Source of the DNA: Eledone cirrhosa
Lineage: Eukaryota
Assembly (NCBI GenBank): GCA_964016885.1
Contig: CAXHJY010001255.1
Location: 19,075-83,074 of the forward strand
DNA length: 64,000 nt
Direction: 5' to 3'
Made by a program: the position numbers and the translations under genes. This document shows, in pieces, positions 47,478-64,000 of this stretch. The first letter of the stretch is position 1; every line of letters begins with the position of its first letter. The notes under the pieces were generated by a model that worked only from the letters and a program-made list of their open reading frames with translations, did not search any database and was not told where the DNA came from.

Positions 47478-47672
47478 AGATAAATCTACCAAGAGTTTAC
47501 GGTAGTGTCCAATCCGTATGAAGAACTCAATGTATTCCGGATATCATGGAAAGAAGAGATGTAATGAAAAATCACTTTCGGTGAAAGATAAACGGAATAC
47601 AGAGTCAAGATAAAATATTAAACAAATAATGAATAAAACAATGAAACAGTTCCTTATATTAAACAAAAAAAG

Positions 47673-47827
47673 TTCATTATTTAACGATCGTTTCTAGGAT
47701 ATATATGTGTTAGAATTGGCATGCATATTCAACAGATCTATGTACAAAATTATACAAAATTATACAAACTATCAAGATTAAATATACATACCAAACACAC
47801 ATATATGCCGTCTTCAGAAATAATGAA
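47673..47827 (-). ncRNA. Type I hammerhead ribozyme with an extended stem II
   Basis: Stem I TTCATTATTT/AAATAATGAA (10 bp); core CTGAAGA; stem II includes ATATATGTGT/ACACATATAT; GAAA; palindromic stem III ACGATCGT; GTT triplet. Confidence 0.7.
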
Positions 47828-48435
47828 ATATATTTATTGATAATAACAACAATTCAAAATTTCAGGTCCGTTTGGGAACGGAGTTCAAAATTGACCAATG
47901 AAAATACAAAAAGTTTTATGCAGTTTGGTGTGTGTATATACATGTAACTAACCCCGTACAGATATTTATACAAAGATATATGCTCAACATGCATACGCAT
48001 GCCAAAAAGATGTATGCAAATACAAAAATTCAAGGCTAATGTCTCTGTAAGTTTATAATCCACAGATAAAATGCGTATAGACACATAAATATGAAATAAG
48101 TGTATACACATATTCTCATACTCACACATATCCGTACACTCACACACACGCGCGCGTATATGCATAAACATACACATAATTACGAACATACATACACACA
48201 CACACCCCCACACACATATATATGTGGATATAATATTATCATAAGCACATGGATATTAATTCACTCACATAAACACTGCCACACACATTTAGATCAAGAT
48301 ACAGAAATTAGGTGGGAGGGGGGGAGAGGTCAGTATTCAACGGATTGGGCAGACTGCTTATTTATAGATGTATCTATAAACTTAGAAATAAAAGAAAAGA
48401 AAAGAAAAAGAAAAAGAAAAAAGAAATATATCAAG

Positions 48436-48493
<58 letters not shown>

Positions 48494-48780
48494 TCTAGAC
48501 ATACAACACACACACACACACATATATAAATATATACATATATATATATACACACATATACACACATACATATATATATATATACATATACACACATATA
48601 TACACATATATACACACACACATATATATACACATACACGCACATATACATACACATACATACTTATATACATACAGACATACACATACATACATATATA
48701 TACACACATATACATACAGACACATATACATACAGACATACATACATACATACACACATATACACATACATACACACACA

Positions 48781-49180
48781 TACATACTCATACATAGACA
48801 TAGATATATATTCACCACACCATACGTACTTATATATACGCATATATACAAATACTTACGCATCCATATATCGGTATATACATACAAACACCACTACACT
48901 CTCACACAACTCAGACATACAAAGAAAAAGGTATATACATATACACATATACACATACAAATAGAGATACATATACATATATATATATATATACACATAT
49001 ATATATATATACATACATATATACACATACATATACATACACATACATACATGTACACACACATACACATACATACATACACACATACATATATAGTCAC
49101 ACACACACACACCTACACAAACATACACATATATAAAGATATATATACACACACATACACACACACATATATATAAAATA

Positions 49181-49228
<48 letters not shown>

Positions 49229-49510
49229 CACATATACATACACATATGTACATACATACACATACATACATACATATACACACATATATATATATATATA
49301 TACACACATACACACATACATACATACACACACACATACATACACACACATACATACTCATACATAGACATAGATATATATTCATACACACATACGCACT
49401 TACATATACGCATATATACAAATACATACGCATCCATATATGCGTATATACATACAAAACCCCACTACACTCTCACACAACTCAGACATACAAAGAAAAA
49501 GGTATATACA
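48781..49510. repeat. Direct duplication (period 570) of a complex block inside microsatellite
   Basis: CATACTCATACATAGACATAG...CTCAGACATACAAAGAAAAAGG at 48781-48940 and 49351-49510. Confidence 0.85.
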
Positions 49511-50464
49511 TATACATATATAGACACATTAATAGAGATACATATACACATATATATATATATATACACACATACATTTATATATATACCCACACACACA
49601 TACAACCATGAACACACATACAAACACATACATACACACATATATACATATATATACACACACACAAAAACACACATACACATATATATTTTTACATATA
49701 TATATACATATATATACATATACACACCTTCACATATATACATATACACATAAGTTATATTATAATAATAAATATTACAATAATAAATAATATATATATA
49801 TACACATACGAATATATATATATACACACATAGATATACATATATATATATACACACACACACACACACTCACATATATATGTGCGCACACGTACATATA
49901 TACACATACACACATATACACATAAACATATACATGTGCATACATGTACATACACACATATACCCACATAGATACGAAGATAGACATATATATAGAGAGA
50001 CATACATATACATACACATATATACATACACATACATACACACATATATATATATATATACACACACACATACACGCCCACACACATATACACATATACA
50101 CACATATATATATATATACACATATATATACACATGCATATATACACACATATATATATACATATATATATACACACAATCATACTTTCTTATTTGCATG
50201 CGCATATATGTATTTTTATACTCAGATATAAACACCCAAACATATATATACCTACCTACATATATATTCATACATACACGCTTACAAACACAGATGATAA
50301 TAGTATGGGGGAAAGGGGGGGGGGGAGAAGGGGATTATAGTAAATATATGTTTCAAGAAACATAGAATATTAATCTGTATTTGGATCTCAATATATGTTT
50401 TTACATAGTTTCAGTGTTAGGAAATGCAAGAAATAAGGCAAAATTATGCATTTCAAAATAAGTA

Positions 50465-50851
50465 TACCATTAATTATATGTTAACTAAACTAAAGATAGT
50501 TAACATATTGATTTCTAAGGTGTAAATTAGTTAGGTTTATAATATTTGAAGCAGAATTTTGAAGTTAAATAGTAGTAGAGTATTAATTATAGTATAACTA
50601 AATTAAAGTTATTAACGTTATGGTATCAATATTAGGAAATGAATTTAGTAATAGGGAAAAAACAAATAAAGTATTACATCGGTAGTAGAATATAAATTAT
50701 AGGTTAACTAAATTAAAAATTATATATTAATTTCTATAGTATATGTTAATTAGGTATATAATAAATAAAACAGATATTGTATTTTATCAATAGCAGAATA
50801 TAATTATATGCAAATAGAAATCAAAATTAATACATATACATATACATACAC

Positions 50852-50882
<31 letters not shown>

Positions 50883-51402
50883 TACATACATACACATACA
50901 TATACATACATACATATACATATTTTTTCAAAAATTGCAAAGAATATATTAACTAGGTATACATCCAAAACACATCCCATTCTATGATTACATGACACTC
51001 TGCAATCCGTCTGTATTAGGATACTAATTTTAAGCCAATTAAATTAAATTTATAGGTTGACTAAATTTAAAACCAAATTATAAATATATTTCTAAAATGT
51101 ATATTAATTAGGTCTATAATACTAAAAATTATTTCTCTGTCATTGGATACACGATATTTTGTTATATTTTATCTGTAAAGGAATTTTAATAAAGGGTTAA
51201 ATAAATTAAAATTAATCTATAAATTAAATTACTAAGTATATATTAGTAATATTTAAAGGTTTTTCACAATTTATGATTACACAATATTTTATATTCTCAT
51301 CTGTAGTAGAATTTTAATTAAATTAAATTTATAGGTTAACTAACATTTAAATTAAATTATATATTAATTTCTAAAATAATGTTATTAATTAGGTTTATAA
51401 TA
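50465..51402. repeat. About six diverged 110-140-bp AT-rich repeats downstream of the Naiad ORF
   Basis: Recurring AAATT(T)ATAGGTTAACTAA...ATTAATTTCTA...TTAATTAGGT.TATAAT. Confidence 0.7.
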
Positions 51403-53650
51403 TTTAAATGTTTTTTTTAGTTTATGATTACACGATATAATTAATTCCTGTCGTTTATTTAATAGGATATCCTTAGATTTCATTATTTCAAATAGTTCTT
51501 GGGAACATAATCTACATTCATTTTTATTATTTTGATAAGGGGTGGCTCTTTTGAGCACACTCCAGGTCAAATCATATTCTATATTCTTATTTTTATAACT
51601 ATTGATTTTTTCTGCTAGAGATGTTGTATTAGCCAGTGCGGCATTTTTAAAACTATTCTTGTGGGTATTAAACCTTGTTTTAAAATTGTTAGAAGTAGCT
51701 CCTATATATGAGCAAATAGAATCTTTAGTTTTAACATTACATTTATAGACTATGTTGTTAACAAGACAATTCCCTTTTAATGGGCAGTTTGCTTTGTTTC
51801 TACAGTTACAACCTTTCGTTAATTCTGTATTTGAGGAGATATTATGGTTAATTTGATGTATTGGTGGTATACTTATGGTTTTCTTACATTTATATGCATT
51901 ATAGGCACTTATATTTTGTTTTATGTTATTTGTTGTTGAGTATGAGAATTTGACTGTTGACCTATTTAAGATTTGATGGTATTTGTGGTTTGGCGGGAAG
52001 TTTTTCTCTAGGATATAAAAAATTTTTTTAGCAATATTATCCTTAATTTGTAAATTAAATGGAGCATTATACCAAGTAACCCGTCTATTACGGTTTCTAT
52101 GTTGTTTATTATTTTTATTATTTTTATAGGTTGTATCGTGATGTTTACTAGGAGGATTAATGTTAATGATCTCACCACAACCATTTTTAGTTATATTTGT
52201 AGATTTAGGTGTTTTATCTTTTTTATTAGGAGTTTTATTATTAATATTTATTAGAGTTGTATGATGAGTAGTTTTTTGAGAGTTACTATATTTTATATTA
52301 GAAGATTTGGTATTTTGGGGTATAGTGTGGGTGGCATTTAGGTGTGTACTTTTCATTTGGTGTTTGTTGGTAATATTAGGTTGTATGCTTTTAGTATTTT
52401 TAGTAGAAGGTATATATTCTAATCTATTTTTGTGGCCACTTCTATCTAGAGCTTCGTTATAGAAGGTCGCATTTTTATCAAATACATCTTGGTTAGAAGA
52501 AAGGTTAGAAATTCTAAGTGATATATTATACGCAAGGTTTTTAAGGATAGATTTAGGGTGATTAGATTGTGAGTGTATGTAATGTAAGTTTTGGTTTGGT
52601 TTATGGTAAGGTTGGTAGATACCCGTAGCTAGATCTAAAGTTATATCTAGGAAATTTACTACTTTACTTGTTTTTTCAAAAGTAATATGAAGATTATAAT
52701 AGTCTTTAAGGAAAGTTCTAATATGTTTTTTGTTTTTTTCTATTTCTGAAAGGCTAAGGTTGTTAGAAAGAAGAAGACAGTCATCACGATATAAACCACC
52801 TTTAAGGTGGGGAAAGGAGGCATTTATGTTGAAAAGGAGAAAGAGGCCCACAAGATCAGTAATTTGGGCGGAATCGCTTGAACCCATAGTAATATCAAAT
52901 AGATTACTATATGTGTTTCTGGTCCAGTATTCATTCTGAAATTCAATAAGTGTTAGTCTAGCATGTGTAATAATATTAATGTCATCCAAAGTTAAGTTAG
53001 ATCTATTTTTAGCAAATATCAATGCTTTGTTCAGGAGTATAGGTGATATAGAAGAATAGTAATTATCTATATCAAATTGTAGAAATGAAGCAGAAGATTT
53101 ACATCTAATATTTTTAAACCAGTTAATTACCTGGGAGGTGTTTTCCCAGAGTGGTAAAATAACGTGTTTTCTTATTTGTGGGATGACTCTATCCAAAATT
53201 TTTTTGCTAATTATTCCAATATCTGATTTGGAGGGACATATAAGTCTTATAGAAGGATTTGAGTTAAAGTTTGATTTATGATCCTTCAGGTTGAAGTGTG
53301 GTCTTTTCAATGCCAAAGGTTCAGTTCTATCTTCAGTGTTTAATTTTTTTTACTATGTTGTGTGTTTTGTTGTTGATGTTGGTGAGTGACGCATTATTAG
53401 ATTTTTTATAATTTTTTCTGAGTTCTTTATATATGAACTCATTATAATGTTCAATATCCATGTGATACAAGTTACCAGTTTTGTCCGAGTGGACATGGAT
53501 TTTTTTAGACTTTTTTAGGTCCAATAGGGTAGAATCAAGGTCCTTTTGAAAGACGGATTTATACTTTTTAAATTTGAGGTGTTTAATTAAATTAAAAAGG
53601 TCTTTCTCGAAGTCTTCAAGTAAAAAGTTGTGTGGTGGATTCTTGTAAGA
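51385..53650 (-). CDS. Penelope-like (Naiad-type) reverse transcriptase / GIY-YIG endonuclease; single frameshift at 53344-53351; N-terminus missing
   Basis: Motifs [81 protein letters not shown]...H, C.LC..E, LNKR.E. Confidence 0.9.
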
Positions 53651-53655
53651 ATAAA

Positions 53656-55655
<2,000 letters not shown>

Positions 55656-55656
55656 A

Positions 55657-56906
55657 GTGGCGATGAATTAGTTTTGCGAGGTTTTTTTATATGAAATCGT
55701 GTGTCGAAACAGATATTGTTATACTTGGGGAAGCTTAGATAGGGCTAGACATAAGATAGGGAAGGCCACATCATGGTACGACAACCAGAGATATTAGAGT
55801 GTCATGTTTGTGGAGGGAAATTAGCTAACCAGTGTAGAAAGGCCCTGAGAAAGACCCACTTAAAAATAAAGGTGGTAGAAAAGCCAGGAACCACCATAAA
55901 ATCCCTGATCAGCAAAACCTACCCTTTTAAGAAAACCCACTGTACCAATAGGAAGTGTATCATATGTAAGGTGAACCCCCGGATAAACTGTAAAACTAGA
56001 AACGTAGTCTATAGCATAAGATGTACAGAGGGTACTTGCAGAAACATGACAACAACATAACATAGGTGAGACAGCTCGTAGCATAGGTGAAAGGATAGAC
56101 CAACACTGGGGGGAACTAAAAGGACGAAAAAACGGGTCAGTACTATACGAACATGCTAGACAACAACATGACGGTAACATAGACAACATAGAAATTAGAA
56201 TAATATCTAAACATAGGAATGACCCAGCAGATAGGCAAATCAGAGAGGCCAGTGAAATAGAAATTAGAAGACCAAAGCTAAACAGAAAGAATGAGTGGAA
56301 ACAACAACAACACCCAAACAAACAACACTGACCTAAGAGAAGTATAAATAAGTAAATAAAATTAAATAAAATAAGATAAATAAATACATACACAAGCACA
56401 ATAACAACAAGCACATAAACACACACTAGTCACCCCAGCAGACACAACACTATACACACTAGTCACACATCACACATAACACTATACACACACGCAAACG
56501 CATGCGCAAAGACAAAAAAAAAAAAATAAATAAATAAATAAAATAAGATAAACAAACAAGCAAATAAATAAATAAATATATAGACAGACTGAATAAAAAA
56601 TGGCGTAGGCATACAACACAACAGGAGGAACAATGAATATAACACCACTGACGATGTTGCAGATGTGCAACGAAAGATTTATGTAAATTATGTAAACTAT
56701 ATATATATATATATGTGTTTTGTGTCTATATTGTATCTGTATTATTTTTGACCGCCGGTCAGTCAATGGCAACATTGAGGACCGAGTAAGTTAGATCGCA
56801 GATATAATAAAAGACAGCGAGAAGCGAAAACCAACCAAACAGTGAGTGTGTTCTGTTATTAATTCTGGCAATATTACGCAAATATGACCCTCCCCAAGTA
56901 TAACAA
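55657..56906 (+). mobile_element. 5'-truncated Neptune-like PLE (GIY-YIG C-terminus and 3' UTR) with a short inverted terminal piece at 55657-55733
   Basis: Motifs WYDNQRY*SVMFV, IKVVEKPG, C..C..C, VVYSIRC, IGETARSIGER..H, RQIREA, LNRKNEW; HHR-like motif at 56645-56685. Confidence 0.85.
56645..56685 (+). ncRNA. Minimal hammerhead-like motif with a weak stem I
   Basis: CTGACGA-T-GTTGCA(GATG)TGCAAC-GAAA, at the same position in the pLTR as the HHR at 63720. Confidence 0.55.
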
Positions 56907-61640
<4,734 letters not shown>

Positions 61641-61642
61641 AA

Positions 61643-61978
61643 ATGTGTAAAATACGTAGTTAACAAAGCCACAACAATGCAGAGGGAAATCTCGAGGTAG
61701 GAAGTGAATGATAGATAGGAGAAACAGGTGAAAGTGAAAATTGAGAGAGACAAAGATGAAAACAAAACAAAGGTAGAAGGGTTACCGTATTGGAGATTTA
61801 ATCCCAATATTTCGGGCTCACGCCCATCAACGGGGAATACCTTTATACCGTTGTATTGTTTTTATCTTTGTCTCTCTCAATTTTCACTTTCACCTGTTTC
61901 TCCTATCTATCATTCACTTCCTACCTCGAGATTTCCCTCTGCATTGTTGTGGGTTTCTTAACTACGTATTTTATACAT
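61643..61978. mobile_element. Imperfect fold-back element (~138-bp arms) with an HHR-like motif in the loop
   Basis: Arms 61643-61780 and 61840-61978; the minus strand of 61801-61838 reads ATTCC-CCGTTGA-T-GGGC(GTGA)GCCC-GAAA-TATT-GGGAT. Confidence 0.7.
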
Positions 61979-61999
61979 ATATATATATATATACATACA

Positions 62000-62051
<52 letters not shown>

Positions 62052-62435
62052 CATACATATATATATACATATACATACATATATATATACATACATATAT
62101 ATATACATATACATACATATATATATACATATACATATACATACATATATATATACATATACATATACATACATATATATATACATATACATATATATAC
62201 ACATATATATATACATATATATACACATATATATATACACATATATATATACATATATATACACATATATATATATATATTGTTATACTTTGGGAGGGTC
62301 ATGTTGCCAATAAGAAACACACGCACCAGTTGCTTTCACTTCAATTTGATTTAATATATATTTATAAATTTACAAATTTATAAATTTCTGGTTGGTTGGT
62401 TGGTTCCACAACCAGATAGTTGTTTATATATATAT

Positions 62436-62480
62436 AGTCATAGTTCTTTCGTCACACACTCTGTGACCTCTTCAGTGACT
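62436..62480 (-). ncRNA. Minimal type I hammerhead ribozyme (inverted copy)
   Basis: Reverse complement of 63720-63764. Confidence 0.8.
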
Positions 62481-63719
62481 GGGGATTTCTTTCTTCGTTT
62501 CTGTGCCTTTCCTTTCTTCTATCCTACGCCATTTTGTGTGTGTGTGGGTTGCGTGCTCAGTTTGCGCATGCGCCACATCCGGGTGTCTGTGTGTTTGTGT
62601 TCATTTTTCTATTTATATTTGTTTGTTTATTTATTTATTTATTGTTGGTTGGTTGTTTGTTCTATGTGTGTGTGTGTTTTCATTTTGTCTTGTGTGTGTT
62701 TTCATTTTGTGTGTGTTTTCAATTGTAAGTTGTTTGTTCTATGTGTGTGTGTGTTTTCATTTTGTCCTTAATTGTAAGTTGTGATGTTGCTGTTCCACTC
62801 ATATTTTCTATTTAATTTTGGTTTTAATTCTTTTATGCTTACTGCCTCTGTAATTTGCCTAAACATTGCGTCTTTCTTGTGTGTGGATTCTATTTTTATT
62901 TCTATGCTCTCTAATTTACCAGAGTGTAATGTTCATCAATACAACCCCTAGAGGCGAACTAGCCTACAAATTTAGAAGGGCCCTAAAGAAACATAATCTC
63001 AATATTAAGATAGTAGAAAGACCTGGTACCTCCGTAAAAACACTTATTAGCAAGACATACCCGTTCCAAAGACCCTCATGTATAGATAAGAAATGTATAA
63101 CCTGTAAAATAAGCCCCCATATTAACTGTAAAACTAGAAATGTAGTATATAGCATAAGATGTACTGAGGGACAATGTAGAAACAAAAATATAGTGTACAT
63201 AGTGAGACAGCTCGTAGTATAGGGGAACGAATAAATGAACACTGGCGAGACCTCCAAGATAGAACACAGGGGTAAATTAGAGAGCATAGAAATAAAAATA
63301 GAATCCACACACAAGAAAGACGCAATGTTTAGGCAAATTACAGAGGCAGTAAGCATAAAAGAATTAAAACCAAAATTAAATAGAAAATGAGTGGAACAGC
63401 AACATCACAACTTACAATTAAGGACAAAATGAAAACACACACACACATAGAACAAACAACTTACAATTGAAAACACACACAAAATGAAAACACACACAAG
63501 ACAAAATGAAAACACACACACACATAGAACAAACAACCAACCAACAATAAATAAATAAATAAACAAACAAATATAAATAGAAAAATAGAAAAATGAACAC
63601 AAACACACACAGACACCCCGGATGTGGCGCATGCGCAAACTGAGCACGCAACCCACACACAAACAAAATGGCGTAGGATAGAAGAAAGGAAAGGCACAGA
63701 AACGAAGAAAGAAATCCCC

Positions 63720-63764
63720 AGTCACTGAAGAGGTCACAGAGTGTGTGACGAAAGAACTATGACT
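63720..63764 (+). ncRNA. Minimal type I hammerhead ribozyme
   Basis: AGTCA-CTGAAGA-G-GTCACA(GAGTG)TGTGAC-GAAA-GAA-CTA-TGACT: 5-bp stem I, intact core, 6-bp stem II, 2-bp stem III; predicted cleavage after 63759. Confidence 0.8.
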
Positions 63765-64000
63765 ATATATATATAAACAACTATCTGGTTGTGGAACCAA
63801 CCAACCAACCAGAAATTTATAAATTTGTAAATTTATAAATATATATTAAATTAAATTGAAGTGAAAGCAACTGGTGCGTGTGTTTCTTATTGGCAACATG
63901 ACCCTCCCAAAGTATAACAATATCGGTTTCAACACACGATTTCAGATAAAGAATCTTGCTAAACAAATTCAGAAACGAAATATATATATATATATATATA

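Larger units (their letters stand above)
47478..53655 (-). mobile_element. Naiad-type Penelope-like element, 5'-truncated, with a probable long 3' UTR ending in an HHR
   Basis: RT/GIY-YIG ORF at 51385-53650, tandem repeats after the stop codon, and a same-strand HHR at 47673-47827. That the 3' UTR is continuous through 47.8-50.4 kb is inferred. Confidence 0.6.
62280..63980 (+). mobile_element. Neptune-like PLE: ~640-bp inverted copy (62280-62920) plus a 5'-truncated GIY-YIG region and pLTR
   Basis: 62280-62920 is the near-exact reverse complement of 63271-63921; motifs SVMFINTTPRGELA, IKIVERPG, VVYSIRC, ETARSIGER, RQITEA; (TA)n on both flanks. Confidence 0.9.

Noticed and set aside
53325-53345. 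TGA at 53333 as a selenocysteine codon (some Naiads encode selenoproteins)
   Set aside because: The downstream conserved sequence is in a different frame, so a homopolymer frameshift explains the stop. The 643-aa ORF has no in-frame TGA and its zinc-binding positions are ordinary Cys.

Overview
AT-rich animal genomic DNA, most likely an octopus or other coleoid cephalopod (inferred from the SINE families and the very long (TA)n/(TACA) arrays). No host protein-coding gene is recognisable; the long Ile/Tyr ORFs are microsatellite artefacts. The first ~39 kb is a layered transposon graveyard: an R4/Dong-like and a GC-rich CRE-like non-LTR element, five RTE-clade LINE pieces (one nearly intact; all four that cover the RT C-terminus carry a PHD-type zinc finger inside it), a mariner remnant, Helitron-like elements, MITEs and tRNA-derived SINEs. 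The last ~25 kb is dominated by kilobase (TA)n/(TACA) arrays separated by short complex islands. Most islands are Penelope-like elements (PLEs) or their terminal repeats: a near-intact Naiad-type RT/GIY-YIG element and Neptune-like fold-back copies. Most also carry a hammerhead ribozyme (HHR) that can be folded by eye: a U3:A8 core variant with a GUC site (39226-39321), one with a ~115-nt stem II (47673-47827), and a minimal pair on opposite strands (62436-62480, 63720-63764). All folds and family assignments are by manual inspection; no searches were run.
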